Shown: positions 1-10,555, numbered from the stretch's first letter. The stretch is DNA of 64,000 nt from Bacteroidales bacterium (GCA_041686485.1 JAWLDT010000001.1:5554-69553), one strand, 5' to 3'. Translations and numbers: made by a program. The notes: generated by a model from the sequence alone, not told the origin.

Positions 1-1
1 G

Positions 2-1174
2 GGTCCCGGTGCCGGCAGTCACGGTGGTTATGTTGTGGCGGAAGGCACGCCCCTGCAGCTGATGCAACAACATTCCATCACGGCCGATTACCTGAATGGC
101 AACCGCGAAGTGCCGGTACCGCTGAAACGGCGCTCGGGCAATCATGCCAGTCTGGTTCTGAAAGGTGCACGTGGCAACAACCTCAAAGGGGATGAACTCT
201 TACTCCCTTTGGGCAAACTCATCTGTGTCACCGGCGTTTCAGGCAGTGGAAAGTCTTCCCTGATCAATGAAACCCTGTATCCAGCGCTGAGCAGGCATTT
301 TCACCGTTCAGAAAAACAACCGCTACCCTATGATAAGATCGAAGGACTGAAGAATCTGGATAAGGTCATCGAAGTGGATCAGTCACCGATCGGACGGACA
401 CCGCGTTCCAATCCGGCTACCTATACCAAGCTCTTTGATGAGATCCGCAAGTTGTTTGCAGCTTTGCCCGAATCACAGGTACGTGGCTATAAGCCAGGAC
501 GTTTCTCTTTCAATGTAAAAGGGGGCCGGTGCGAGACCTGTCAGGGTGGGGGCGTGCGTGTGATTGAGATGAATTTTCTTCCGGACGTACATGTACATTG
601 CGAGACCTGCCAGGGGAAGCGCTATAATCGTGAAACCCTGGAGGTTCGTTATAAGGGTAAGAGCATCAATGATGTCCTGGATATGAGTATCAGCCAGGCC
701 ATGGAGTTTTTTGAACATATCCCGTCTATTGCCAACCGGCTGAAAACCCTCGAGGATGTCGGACTTGGCTATATCACCCTGGGCCAGAGCAGCACCACCC
801 TCTCAGGCGGGGAGGCACAGCGGGTAAAATTGTCGGCGGAGCTGTCAAAACGTGAAACCGGAAAAACGCTCTATATTCTTGATGAACCCACCACCGGTTT
901 GCATTTCGAAGATGTACGGGTGCTGATGGATGTGCTGGGCCGGCTGGTTGACAGAGGCAACACCGTGCTGATCATCGAACATAACATGGACGTGATCAAG
1001 GTTGCCGATCATATTATCGATCTTGGACCCGAAGGGGGGGAGCGGGGTGGACGTATTATTGGTGCCGGGTCACCTGAGCAGATGAGCGACCAAAAGGAAG
1101 GCTATACCGGACAGTTTCTGAAGGAAGCCCTGGAAGAAAATGGCAACCTGCCACAGCGGCAGATTGATATGTGA
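2..1174 (+). CDS. uvrA: Excinuclease ABC subunit A (UvrA), C-terminal part; 5' end lies outside the window
   Basis: The frame of ORF 35..1174 stays open to the window edge. It shows the second ABC module: Walker [10 protein letters not shown], zinc-finger CETCQGGG...CETCQGKR, signature LSGGEAQR and Walker [13 protein letters not shown]. Confidence 0.95.
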   Translation, partial: GPGAGSHGGYVVAEGTPLQLMQQHSITADYLNGNREVPVPLKRRSGNHASLVLKGARGNNLKGDELLLPLGKLICVTGVSGSGKSSLINETLYPALSRHFHRSEKQPLPYDKIEGLKNLDKVIEVDQSPIGRTPRSNPATYTKLFDEIRKLFAALPESQVRGYKPGRFSFNVKGGRCETCQGGGVRVIEMNFLPDVHVHCETCQGKRYNRETLEVRYKGKSINDVLDMSISQAMEFFEHIPSIANRLKTLEDVGLGYITLGQSSTTLSGGEAQRVKLSAELSKRETGKTLYILDEPTTGLHFEDVRVLMDVLGRLVDRGNTVLIIEHNMDVIKVADHIIDLGPEGGERGGRIIGAGSPEQMSDQKEGYTGQFLKEALEENGNLPQRQIDM

Positions 1175-1183
1175 TTTATGGGG

Positions 1184-2446
1184 CTATATATCCAGCGCTT
1201 TACGACTCACGGGCATCGTCATACAACGTGCACCGCCACCGCCACGCGGCAACTCTGACCCCTCGATGGTTACCACATATTTTTTATAATCCTTCAGGTC
1301 AACACCTCCCTTTAAAACATCATGGGCGCGTATGACCGAAAAACCGGCTTTTTCCATGGCATTGATGGTGTGGATGTTTCGTGCGTAGCCAATCACCTTT
1401 CCCGGGCCCAAGGCGAAGAAGTTGGCGCCACTATGCCATTGCTCCCGTTCCTGCTGCCACTGATCATGCTCGCCTCCACACAGCACCGGCTGCAGGTCCA
1501 TGCCAAGTTTCCCGAGCGCTTGCGGTAAATTTTGTACTTCCCGGATAAATTGAACCTTACCCCCTTCGGCATAAATATGCACCGTCTGGTATTTATTCAT
1601 CTTCATGATGATGGGCTCATATATCATGCACTTGTCGCGATCGAGCAGGGTGAACACCATATCCAGATGGATGAAAGATTCTGGTGTATGGGGCAATTCC
1701 TGCACCAGGATATGTTGTTTCTCATTTTTCTTCTTGAGATGATGCAACAAAAAGTCAATACCCTGTGGGGTGGTTCGTGACCCGATGCCGCACAGGATGA
1801 CATCATCCCGGGCAATAAGAACATCACCCCCTTCAATGGAAATGGCCGGATTTAGTTGGTCCCGGGTGTTCAGGTTGACGGTTCTGGTACTGAACATGGG
1901 ATGAAAATCGAAGATCGCCTCCATGATGATGCTTTCGCGAAGTCGGACCGGGGAAGCCATGGCTCCGACAAAAACGTTGTCATAAACAGAGATGGCGGCA
2001 TCTCTGGTAAAGAAAAAATTATGAAGGGGTTTCAGGGCAAATCGCTCTTTGTTCAAATAGTTGGTGAGCGTATTTTTTCTGACCGGTACGCCTTCGATCA
2101 ATGCCCCGGCCAGGGTGGTTTCGTCCAGTGTTAGCAAATGACTGCAAATGCTTTCAGCTTCTTCGTGCTGGCAGATCTTCTCCACCAGTCCCTGTTTTAC
2201 CTTGTCGTTTTTTAAGATATTCGCTAACAGGTCTTTGACCTCAAAAGTGTTGGTAACCTTTTCCAGTATCCCTTTAAACTGGCTAAACTCTTTGTTGGCT
2301 ACGGACAGATTCAGAATGTCGCTATACAATGCCCGCTCCGCATTGTCGGGTGTCATGTTCTCAACTTCCTGACCCGGAGAATGAACGATAACGCCTTCCA
2401 GGTCTCCAATCTCTGAAAATATATTGGCGGGTAGTTTATCTTGCAT
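1184..2446 (-). CDS. arcA: Arginine deiminase (guanidino-group modifying enzyme fold)
   Basis: 420 aa with FFTRD, EGGD and HLD motifs and a C-terminal catalytic-Cys motif GGGGARCMTMP. Confidence 0.85.
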   Translation of the reverse strand: MQDKLPANIFSEIGDLEGVIVHSPGQEVENMTPDNAERALYSDILNLSVANKEFSQFKGILEKVTNTFEVKDLLANILKNDKVKQGLVEKICQHEEAESICSHLLTLDETTLAGALIEGVPVRKNTLTNYLNKERFALKPLHNFFFTRDAAISVYDNVFVGAMASPVRLRESIIMEAIFDFHPMFSTRTVNLNTRDQLNPAISIEGGDVLIARDDVILCGIGSRTTPQGIDFLLHHLKKKNEKQHILVQELPHTPESFIHLDMVFTLLDRDKCMIYEPIIMKMNKYQTVHIYAEGGKVQFIREVQNLPQALGKLGMDLQPVLCGGEHDQWQQEREQWHSGANFFALGPGKVIGYARNIHTINAMEKAGFSVIRAHDVLKGGVDLKDYKKYVVTIEGSELPRGGGGARCMTMPVSRKALDI

Positions 2447-2599
2447 AGGGCATACTCTTTTAAGAATTCCGGTTCTTTCTTCACGTTTACGACAAAATTA
2501 GCAAATAATACCTTCTTTGATTGGCATATTTTTAAGTATTTTTGGTGTTTGTCATTCTTCATCAAATCATCTGACCTACAACAACAATTCTATTTTGTC

Positions 2600-3883
2600 A
2601 TGAATATCCTTCTTATAGGTGGTGGTGGTCGGGAACATGCGCTGGCCCATAAAATTGCCTCAAGTCCGCTTTGTGAAACCCTGTATATTGCGCCTGGTAA
2701 TGCCGGAACAGCTATGCATGGCGATAACGTCATTCTGGACATTGCTGATCATCAGCGTGTGGGTGAATTTGTGTTGAAAAACGGTGTTGACATGGTTGTC
2801 GTAGGTCCGGAAGAACCCCTGGTCAAGGGTCTGGGAGATCATTTCAGGCGGGATCAGGAGTTGCGGAAGGTTTTGTTTGCCGGGCCCGGGGCAGACGGGG
2901 CACGACTGGAAGGGAGCAAGGCTTTTGCCAAATCCTTTATGGAAAGCAATGCCATACCCACGGCGAAATACCGTGCTTTTCATGCCGGTGACCTTCAGGC
3001 AGGCCTTGATTTTCTGGCCGGGCTGAAAGCTCCTTATGTGTTGAAAGCCGATGGCCTGGCTGCCGGCAAAGGGGTCATCATTTGTGACACCCTGCAGGAA
3101 GCCGAAACCACATTGCGGGAGATGTTGTGTGATAAACGCTTTGGGGATGCTTCTGAAACAGTTGTTATTGAAGAATACCTGCAAGGCTGGGAGATGTCCG
3201 TGTTTGTGATCACCGATGGTATTTCATGGCATATGCTACCGGCAGCCAAAGATTATAAACGGATCGGAGAAGGCGATACGGGCGCCAATACAGGTGGGAT
3301 GGGGGCTGTTAGCCCGGTTCCGGCTGCCGACAGCCACCTTATGCAGCGAATAGAAAAACAAATTGTGAACCCCACGATCCGGGGGTTGCAACAAGCGCAA
3401 ATCCCATATGTCGGATTTATCTTTTTCGGTTTGATGGTGGTTGATGAAAGCCCCTATGTGATTGAATATAACGTCCGCCTAGGTGATCCGGAGGCCGAAG
3501 TGATCCTCCCACGCATAAAAACCGACCTGGTTGACATGCTGCAGGCTGCCTGCCGTCAGGAGCTACATACAAAAGAATTGGTTATCATTTCTGAGGCAGC
3601 AGCTACCGTCGTACTGGCCAGTGGCGGGTATCCAGGGCCATATCAAAAAGGTCATGAAGTCTTTATGTCCGATACGACAACCGGTTGTCAGCGTTTTTAT
3701 GCCGGGGTTAAAGATAAGGATGGACATCTGGTAACCAGCGGTGGAAGAGTAATGGCTGTTACCGGAATGGCAGAAAATCTTGAAAAAGCCCTCAAAGTAG
3801 CCTACCAGGATGTTAATAATATCGACTTCAAGGCTAAATACTTCAGAAGGGATATCGGGGAAGACCTTTTATCCTTCATATAA
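2600..3883 (+). CDS. purD: Phosphoribosylamine--glycine ligase
   Basis: ORF 2441..3883. The conserved N-terminus begins at ATG 2600 (MNILLIGGGGREHALAHKIA) and is followed by an ATP-grasp body. The 53 upstream codons look non-coding. Confidence 0.92.
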   Translation: MNILLIGGGGREHALAHKIASSPLCETLYIAPGNAGTAMHGDNVILDIADHQRVGEFVLKNGVDMVVVGPEEPLVKGLGDHFRRDQELRKVLFAGPGADGARLEGSKAFAKSFMESNAIPTAKYRAFHAGDLQAGLDFLAGLKAPYVLKADGLAAGKGVIICDTLQEAETTLREMLCDKRFGDASETVVIEEYLQGWEMSVFVITDGISWHMLPAAKDYKRIGEGDTGANTGGMGAVSPVPAADSHLMQRIEKQIVNPTIRGLQQAQIPYVGFIFFGLMVVDESPYVIEYNVRLGDPEAEVILPRIKTDLVDMLQAACRQELHTKELVIISEAAATVVLASGGYPGPYQKGHEVFMSDTTTGCQRFYAGVKDKDGHLVTSGGRVMAVTGMAENLEKALKVAYQDVNNIDFKAKYFRRDIGEDLLSFI

Positions 3884-3893
3884 ACATCAGGTA

Positions 3894-4895
3894 ATGCTTA
3901 TTCATCTTTTCAGAAAAACGCAATGGCATACACCGTTTCTGCTTCTGATCATTGGTGCGGTGCTTTGGTTCGATGCGTTTATACGTCCGGAGGCATCCCT
4001 GGTATACATTCGTAGTATAAACGCACCTTTGTATAACCTGTTTGAGCCTTTAGTGTCCGCGTACCCGCTGGCTGCGAATATTGTCTCCTTTCTGTTGTTG
4101 CTTTTTCAGGTGTTTTTCGTAAACTATGTGGCAACCTCGAAGGCATTTACAGATAAGTATTCAGGGTTAACAGCGTTGTTTTACCTGTTGCTTATGAGCA
4201 GTACCCCGGGAATGATTGCCCCCCACCCTGTACTTTTTAGCAACCTGTTTCTCTTGCTGGCCCTGAACAAGATTTTTCATGTGTATCGTGAAAAGCAGGT
4301 CAGGCTGGAAGTGTTTAACGTAGGCCTGCTTGTCGCATTAGCCGGTTTGTTCTATTATCCCGCTATGGTATTTGTTTTCCTGCTATTGATCGCGCTGGTT
4401 GTTTATTATCAGGTGAACATAAATGCTTTTTTTGCTGCCCTGCTGGGCTTCCTGGCACCTTTTGCTTTCCTTTGGCTCTATTACTTCATGCAGGAAAACA
4501 CGGATCAGCTCATTACCGAACTCACCATCATGGTGCAACCCATGCTGATCTTTGAACAAAGCCCCGGTCAGTATGAAAAGCTGTTAATTTATATGCTTGC
4601 GCTGCTTTCTCTGTTTTCTTTTTTCCGTTTACAGTTCATAAACAAAAGGAAAAGACCCATTCGCATCCGAAAAAGGATAAACCTGTTGTTTCTCTTCTTT
4701 TTGTTTGCGGCTGTTTCCTATTTCCTGACCGTTCATTATTTTCATGTGCATTATGGTTTGATGATGATACCCCTGAGTGTCGCCCTTGGCTCATTATTTG
4801 ATGATATAAAACGCAAAAAGCTGGCCGAGATCCTATTTACGGTTTTTTTACTATTGATACTGGCCGCCCGTTTCGCCGGGTATAGTATATTTTGA
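3894..4895 (+). CDS. Polytopic membrane protein of unknown function
   Basis: ORF 3810..4895. The start is moved to ATG 3894 so it does not overlap the purD stop. About 9 hydrophobic segments and no catalytic motif recognised. Confidence 0.6.
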   Translation: MLIHLFRKTQWHTPFLLLIIGAVLWFDAFIRPEASLVYIRSINAPLYNLFEPLVSAYPLAANIVSFLLLLFQVFFVNYVATSKAFTDKYSGLTALFYLLLMSSTPGMIAPHPVLFSNLFLLLALNKIFHVYREKQVRLEVFNVGLLVALAGLFYYPAMVFVFLLLIALVVYYQVNINAFFAALLGFLAPFAFLWLYYFMQENTDQLITELTIMVQPMLIFEQSPGQYEKLLIYMLALLSLFSFFRLQFINKRKRPIRIRKRINLLFLFFLFAAVSYFLTVHYFHVHYGLMMIPLSVALGSLFDDIKRKKLAEILFTVFLLLILAARFAGYSIF

Positions 4896-4976
4896 CAAAT
4901 GCTTACCTTTGTGGCACCGTAGGTTACACGGAAATGGCATAGGAGGAGGTGTTGAAGGGGTGGGTGACTGTTTTAT

Positions 4977-5027
4977 AAGCTGGAAGCTCGAAGCTGGAAG
5001 GAAGAAAGAAAAAAAGCTCGAAGCTGG
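4977..5027. repeat. Purine-rich segment with a duplicated AAGCTCGAAGCTGG word
   Basis: AAGCTCGAAGCTGG occurs at 4984..4997 and 5014..5027. The 18-mer AAGCTGGAAGCTCGAAGC (4977..4994) recurs inverted at 23865..23882 with one mismatch. Confidence 0.8.
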
Positions 5028-5132
5028 GAGAAGAGAAAAACTTCGTGTGCTTAGTGCCTCCCGAAGGGTCAGGACAGGTTTGTGGTGAAAAAATAACCAC
5101 GAAGGCACGAACACAAAGATGGGAGAAAAAAA

Positions 5133-5216
5133 CCGTTCACTGTTCACCGTTCACTGTTCACCGTTCACCGTTCACCGTTCACTGTTTACTGTTCACTGTT
5201 CACCGTTCACCGTTCA
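5133..5216. repeat. Tandem heptamer array, 12 x CYGTTCA
   Basis: Read directly as ccgttca ctgttca ccgttca ctgttca ccgttca ccgttca ccgttca ctgttta ctgttca ctgttca ccgttca ccgttca. The array ends 41 bp before the purQ ATG. Confidence 0.95.
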
Positions 5217-5257
5217 CTTTGATACAATAACATATACATACTTGATATAACTCCATT

Positions 5258-5947
5258 ATGAAATTTGGTGTAGTTGTTTTCCCCGGTTCCAATTGCGATC
5301 ATGATATGATCTATGTCCTGCAGAAAAAGCTCAGTCAGGAAGTGGTTCCGTTATGGCATAAAGATCATGACCTGCAGGGCGTTGATTTTGTAGTACTGCC
5401 CGGGGGATTTTCGTTTGGTGATTATTTGCGCTCGGGAGCCATCGCCCGGTTTTCACCGATTATGCAGGAAGTGGTTGCTTTTGCCCGGAAAGGCGGTTAT
5501 GTCATGGGGATCTGCAATGGCTTTCAGATTCTTTGTGAAGCACAATTGTTGCCGGGTGCTTTGATTCATAACCCGGATCATCAATTTATCTGTAAGAATG
5601 CCTTCATTCGCAGTGAGACAAAGAACAGTCTTATTACGGCTGCTACTGATCCCGGAGAGCCCCTGAAGATACCTGTGGCCCACGGCGAAGGCCAGTATTA
5701 TATTGATGATACCAATTTGCAAGCGCTTCATGATCATCAGCAGGTGTTGTTCCGCTATTGTGATGCCGAAGGCCGGTTAACTCCCGGATCGAACCCGAAT
5801 GGCTCTGTTGATCATATAGCAGGCGTGTGTAACCATGAAAGAAATGTGTTTGGTATGATGCCGCATCCCGAAAGGGCTGCTGATCAGGAGTTGGGCAATC
5901 AGGATGGCCGCCGTATCCTTGAAGGAATCCTGAAGGTGGCTGTCTAA
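5258..5947 (+). CDS. purQ: Phosphoribosylformylglycinamidine synthase subunit PurQ (glutaminase)
   Basis: 229 aa. N-terminus MKFGVVVFPGSNCDHD, class-I amidotransferase nucleophile GICNGFQ, and HPE near the C-terminus. Confidence 0.93.
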   Translation: MKFGVVVFPGSNCDHDMIYVLQKKLSQEVVPLWHKDHDLQGVDFVVLPGGFSFGDYLRSGAIARFSPIMQEVVAFARKGGYVMGICNGFQILCEAQLLPGALIHNPDHQFICKNAFIRSETKNSLITAATDPGEPLKIPVAHGEGQYYIDDTNLQALHDHQQVLFRYCDAEGRLTPGSNPNGSVDHIAGVCNHERNVFGMMPHPERAADQELGNQDGRRILEGILKVAV

Positions 5948-5989
5948 GCATTTTCAGATCGATCATTCTGACAAAATAAATCATTTCCG

Positions 5990-6619
5990 ATGTCAGCTCC
6001 TCTGCGCATACAATTCGGTGACCGTTACCCTGAGGCCGGTTGCGATGAAGCCGGCCGGGGGTGCCTTGCAGGTCCGGTCTTTGCCGCAGCTGTCATCTTA
6101 CCGAAAAAGCCTTCAGAAAAAATCCAATCCCTGTTAAAGGATTCTAAAGCCTTATCCGCCAAAAACAGGGAAACATTGCGAACGCTCATTACAGCGAATG
6201 CCGTAAGCTATGGTGTCGCCGGGATTGATCATCAAACCATTGATGAGATCAATATCCTGAATGCAAGCATCCTGGCAATGCACAAAGCCCTGGAGCAACT
6301 TACACCGCAGCCGGAGATGATCCTGGTTGACGGTCACCGTTTTAAACCTTACGGTGAGGTAATGCATGAGTGCATTGTGAAAGCGGACTCCAGCTTTTTG
6401 TCTGTTGCTGCCGCCTCTGTCCTGGCCAAAACATATCGCGATGCCTATATGGAGTGGCTGGATGAGCAATATCCCCAATATGGCTGGAAACAAAACAAAG
6501 GATACCCTACAGTCGCTCATCGTTCGGCTATCAGGGAATTTGGCCTTACACCATTTCACCGGCGCACGTTCCGCCAACTGAAACAACAACCATTTAATTT
6601 TGAATCAACCGACAAATGA
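5990..6619 (+). CDS. rnhB: Ribonuclease HII
   Basis: 209 aa with the catalytic motif GCDEAGRGCLAGPV and a length typical of RNase HII. Confidence 0.93.
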   Translation: MSAPLRIQFGDRYPEAGCDEAGRGCLAGPVFAAAVILPKKPSEKIQSLLKDSKALSAKNRETLRTLITANAVSYGVAGIDHQTIDEINILNASILAMHKALEQLTPQPEMILVDGHRFKPYGEVMHECIVKADSSFLSVAAASVLAKTYRDAYMEWLDEQYPQYGWKQNKGYPTVAHRSAIREFGLTPFHRRTFRQLKQQPFNFESTDK

Positions 6620-6632
6620 TGAAAGGGCATAT

Positions 6633-8771
6633 ATGATAGCTTCTGACCATATTGAACAGATTGTTGCTGATACCGGTATCCCTCGTAAAAGTGTTGCAAA
6701 AACGGCCTTCCTGATGGCGTCAGGTGCCACAGTTCCGTTCATCGCCCGGTATCGCAAGGAGGTGACTGGGTCGCTGGATGAGGTTCAGATAACCACCATT
6801 CGGGACATGCTGGCCCGCCTGCAGGAACTGGATAAGCGACGTGAAGCCATCCTGGCGTCCATTGACGAGCAGGGTCTCTTGACACCGGAACTGGAAAGTG
6901 CCATCAAGGTATGCAGCAGCATGTCGGCATTGGAGGACCTTTATCTGCCTTACCGGCCAAAGCGCAAAACAAGGGCCACCAAAGCTGTTGCACGTGGTCT
7001 TGAACCACTTGCACGAATGTTGATGGCGCAGGAAAACCGGGATCCCGACAAGGCGGCAGCGGCCTATGTTAACCCCGGGAAGGAGGTTTCTTCCGTTAAA
7101 GATGCACTGGCGGGGGCGCGTGATATCATGGCCGAATGGATCAACGAAGACAGCCGGGCACGTGGGCAACTGCGCCGACTCATGAACAGAAAGGCCGTGT
7201 TAATCAGTCGACCGGTAAAAGGCCAGGAGGAAGAAGGTGAAAAATATGCCAGCTATTTCGATTGGCAGGAGAAAGCCGCCAAAGCTCCTTCGCATCGAAT
7301 CCTGGCCATGATGCGGGGAGAAAAAGAAGGCTTTCTGAAGCTGCAACTGGCTCCGGAGCAGGAAGAAGCATTCGCTATGCTGGAAAAATTGTTTATTAAA
7401 GGAGATGGCCCTGACGCTGAACAGGTGCGGCTGGCACTTCAGGATTCCTATAAACGGCTGCTCCATCCGTCCCTCGAGACCGAACTGCGACATGTGCTGA
7501 AAGAACGCGCCGATAAAAAAGCCATCGATGTCTTTGGCGAAAACCTCAGGCAGCTGTTACTTGCCCCGCCGCTGGGTCAGAAACGTATTCTGGCCATCGA
7601 CCCCGGTTATCGAACGGGCTGCAAAGTTGTTTGTCTGGACGAAGAGGGACAGCTTCTGCACAACGAAAATATCTACCCCCATCCCCCTGCTAACCAGAAA
7701 GGACCTGCCATGGCCAAGATACAGAGCCTGGTGGATGCTTACAGGATTGAAGCTATCGCTATCGGAAACGGTACGGCAGGCCGTGAAACAGAAAATATGA
7801 TCCGCAAAGTCCGCTTCGACCGGGATGTGATGGCTATCATGGTGAACGAAAGCGGTGCTTCGGTCTATTCCGCTTCCGACCTTGCCCGGGAGGAATTCCC
7901 CGAATATGACGTAACCGTCAGGGGCGCGGTGAGCATCGGCCGGCGCCTCGCCGATCCACTGGCCGAGCTTGTAAAGATTGACCCCAAAGCCATCGGGGTC
8001 GGACAGTACCAGCATGATGTGGATCAGAAGATGTTGAAACAGGCCCTCGATGATGTGGTAATGAGTTGTGTGAATGCCGTTGGTGTGGAAGCAAATACCG
8101 CCAGTAAGCAGCTGCTGACCTATGTTTCCGGCATCGGCCCCGGACTGGCTTCTTCCATCATACAACACAGAAATGAACAAGGGCCATTTAACTCCCGGCA
8201 GGCACTGAAAAAGGTACCAAGACTGGGAGAAAAAGCCTTTGAACAGGCAGCCGGATTTATTCGTGTGGCACAATCAACGAATCCGCTCGACAAAAGTGCC
8301 GTCCACCCTGAAAGTTATGAGGTGGTGGCAGCCATGGCCCAGGATCTGGGCGTTGGGGTGCATGACCTTATGCAAGACAAAAGCCTCCGTGATAAGATTC
8401 GTTTGGAAAACTATGTGACTAAAACCGCCGGGATCCCGACATTGAAGGATATCATGAAGGAGCTTTCGCGCGCCGGCCGTGATCCCCGGGAAAGCATTGA
8501 CCAGTTTTCATTTGATAAGAACATCTTCAAAATGGAAGATTTAAAAGAGGGGATGGTGCTGCCGGGCATTGTTACCAATATCACTGCCTTTGGCGCATTC
8601 GTAGATATTGGTGTAAAACAGGACGGCCTGGTACATATCAGTCAGCTGACAGACCGTTTTGTTGAAAATCCCTCCGAAGTAGTGAAACTCAACCAAAAAG
8701 TACAGGTGAAAGTACTTTCGGTTGACATCGCACGAAAGCGCATTGGATTATCGATGAAGGACGTGGATTAG
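6633..8771 (+). CDS. tex: Tex-family transcription accessory protein (YqgF/HhH/S1 domains)
   Basis: VPFIARYRKEVTG motif, central YqgF-like region, and a C-terminal S1 domain (GIVTNITAFGAFVDIG). ATG 6633 is preferred over TTG 6600, which overlaps rnhB. Confidence 0.9.
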   Translation: MIASDHIEQIVADTGIPRKSVAKTAFLMASGATVPFIARYRKEVTGSLDEVQITTIRDMLARLQELDKRREAILASIDEQGLLTPELESAIKVCSSMSALEDLYLPYRPKRKTRATKAVARGLEPLARMLMAQENRDPDKAAAAYVNPGKEVSSVKDALAGARDIMAEWINEDSRARGQLRRLMNRKAVLISRPVKGQEEEGEKYASYFDWQEKAAKAPSHRILAMMRGEKEGFLKLQLAPEQEEAFAMLEKLFIKGDGPDAEQVRLALQDSYKRLLHPSLETELRHVLKERADKKAIDVFGENLRQLLLAPPLGQKRILAIDPGYRTGCKVVCLDEEGQLLHNENIYPHPPANQKGPAMAKIQSLVDAYRIEAIAIGNGTAGRETENMIRKVRFDRDVMAIMVNESGASVYSASDLAREEFPEYDVTVRGAVSIGRRLADPLAELVKIDPKAIGVGQYQHDVDQKMLKQALDDVVMSCVNAVGVEANTASKQLLTYVSGIGPGLASSIIQHRNEQGPFNSRQALKKVPRLGEKAFEQAAGFIRVAQSTNPLDKSAVHPESYEVVAAMAQDLGVGVHDLMQDKSLRDKIRLENYVTKTAGIPTLKDIMKELSRAGRDPRESIDQFSFDKNIFKMEDLKEGMVLPGIVTNITAFGAFVDIGVKQDGLVHISQLTDRFVENPSEVVKLNQKVQVKVLSVDIARKRIGLSMKDVD

Positions 8772-10555
8772 GTATTACCGTTCTTTTTGCTGTATATGGT
8801 TTCGATGATATCGGCATACGTTTTCGTCAGGTAGCTCCGTCGTAGCTTCAGGGTAGCACTTAACTGGCCTGTTTCCACGCCCCACTCATGATCAAGGAGT
8901 TCAAATTTGGAAATGCGTTCGTATTTACCAAATCGTTGGTTATAATGGTTGACCTCCTTCTGATACCTTGCCCGGATACGTGGCATGGCTATCATTTCTG
9001 GATTGGTGGTATAGGGTATGTCTTTTTTGCTGCACCAGGAGCGCAGGTGATTAAAGTCAGGCACAATCAGGGCGGCCGGGAAGCGTTGGTTCTCTCCGAT
9101 CACCATGATCTGATCAATGAAGGGCGATTCTTTAAAAGCATTTTCCAGCGCCTGCGGATGGATATATTTCCCAAATGATGTTTTGAATATGACTTTTTTC
9201 CTATCTGTGATGCGCAGTTGTCCTTCCGGCTCAATAACACCCACATCACCGGTGTGAAACCAGCCATCCTCGTCAAGGACCTCCCGGGTCTGTTCCGGAT
9301 CTTTATAATAGCCCTTCATGACATTGGGGCCTTTGACCAGGATCTCTCCGTCCCCGGCTATTCTGACATTAACACCCCGAAGTACCGGACCTACTGTTCC
9401 GAATTTGATTCCATCCGGGCTAAAATCGCTTACAGCTATGACAGGAGAGGTTTCTGTCAGCCCATATCCTTCCAGAACACGGAGCCCCATCGCCCAGAAA
9501 ACGCGATTTAGTCTGGGCTGGAGGGCTGCCCCTCCCGAAACGATGATGTCCAGGTTGTTTCCAAGTGCCGCTTTCCATTTGCTAAAAACCAGCTTTCTGG
9601 CAATTTTGAGTTTCAATGCATAGACAGGGTTGCGCTTTACCTTGCCTATCTCGTAACGCAAACCCACCCTATTGGCCCAGAAGAAGATGATCTTCCGGAG
9701 GCCTTTCAGGCTGCGCCCCTTTGTAAGGATCTTGTCATACACCTTTTCAAGCAGCCTGGGTACCGTGGTAAATACATGCGGATGTACTTCTTTAAGACTG
9801 TCGGCAATAACCCCCATATTGGAGATATAGTACATTGTTAAACCTTTGTAGAGGAAGGTGTAGTTCATCATGCGCTCATAAATATGGCACAGTGGCAGGA
9901 AACTCATGGCACGGTGCTCCGGACCAAAGGGTGGAATGTGGGATACGGCCTTGAAATTGCTGATGATGTTATTGTGTGAAAGCATAACCCCTTTCGGTGT
10001 ACCGGTGGTTCCGGAGGTATAGATGATGGTTGCCAGGTCATCAGGTTTAATGCTGTCTTTGATTTTTTGTAACTGTTCCGGTTGCGGATGCTCTTTTCCC
10101 AGGTTGATAAGCTCATCGAGATGCTGATAGCCAAGGAGATCGCTGAAGGTGTAGATGGCCTCCAGAGAGGGTATGTCTTTGACAATTTCTTTGATGCGCC
10201 TGTACATCTCCTCACCGGCTACAAAAACATACTTTACCTCTGCATGGCTGAGGATATGATGATAATCTTTGTTGCTGATGGTAGGATAAATGGGTATGTG
10301 AATGGCGCCAATTTGTTGAACCCCCATATCCAGAATGTTCCATTCCGGGCGGTTAAAGGTGATTGAGGCTATTTTATCACCGCGCCGAACGCCCCTGGCC
10401 ATCAGTCCGTAGCTGGTGTGCCGGCTGCTCTCAATCCAAGCTTTTGTTGAATACGTTTTCCATTTATCTGAATCTTTGCCGGCAAGAGCCACTTGCTTGT
10501 CCGGGCAAAGCCCTGCATAATGATCAAGTAAATCAAAAATCCTGGTTACTTCCAT
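8768..10555 (-). CDS. Long-chain fatty acid--CoA ligase (AMP-dependent synthetase)
   Basis: 595 aa with the AMP-binding motif IIYTSGTTGTPKGV and a GWFHTGD motif. Confidence 0.88.
   Translation of the reverse strand: MEVTRIFDLLDHYAGLCPDKQVALAGKDSDKWKTYSTKAWIESSRHTSYGLMARGVRRGDKIASITFNRPEWNILDMGVQQIGAIHIPIYPTISNKDYHHILSHAEVKYVFVAGEEMYRRIKEIVKDIPSLEAIYTFSDLLGYQHLDELINLGKEHPQPEQLQKIKDSIKPDDLATIIYTSGTTGTPKGVMLSHNNIISNFKAVSHIPPFGPEHRAMSFLPLCHIYERMMNYTFLYKGLTMYYISNMGVIADSLKEVHPHVFTTVPRLLEKVYDKILTKGRSLKGLRKIIFFWANRVGLRYEIGKVKRNPVYALKLKIARKLVFSKWKAALGNNLDIIVSGGAALQPRLNRVFWAMGLRVLEGYGLTETSPVIAVSDFSPDGIKFGTVGPVLRGVNVRIAGDGEILVKGPNVMKGYYKDPEQTREVLDEDGWFHTGDVGVIEPEGQLRITDRKKVIFKTSFGKYIHPQALENAFKESPFIDQIMVIGENQRFPAALIVPDFNHLRSWCSKKDIPYTTNPEMIAMPRIRARYQKEVNHYNQRFGKYERISKFELLDHEWGVETGQLSATLKLRRSYLTKTYADIIETIYSKKNGNT

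Noticed and set aside
4851-5230. ORFs 4851..5147 (minus) and 5045..5230 (plus) across the purQ-upstream island.
   Set aside because: Their translations are low-complexity products of tandem repeats (SPFTVHRSPFTVH..., ASSFFSFFLPASSF). They overlap each other on opposite strands and have no plausible start context.
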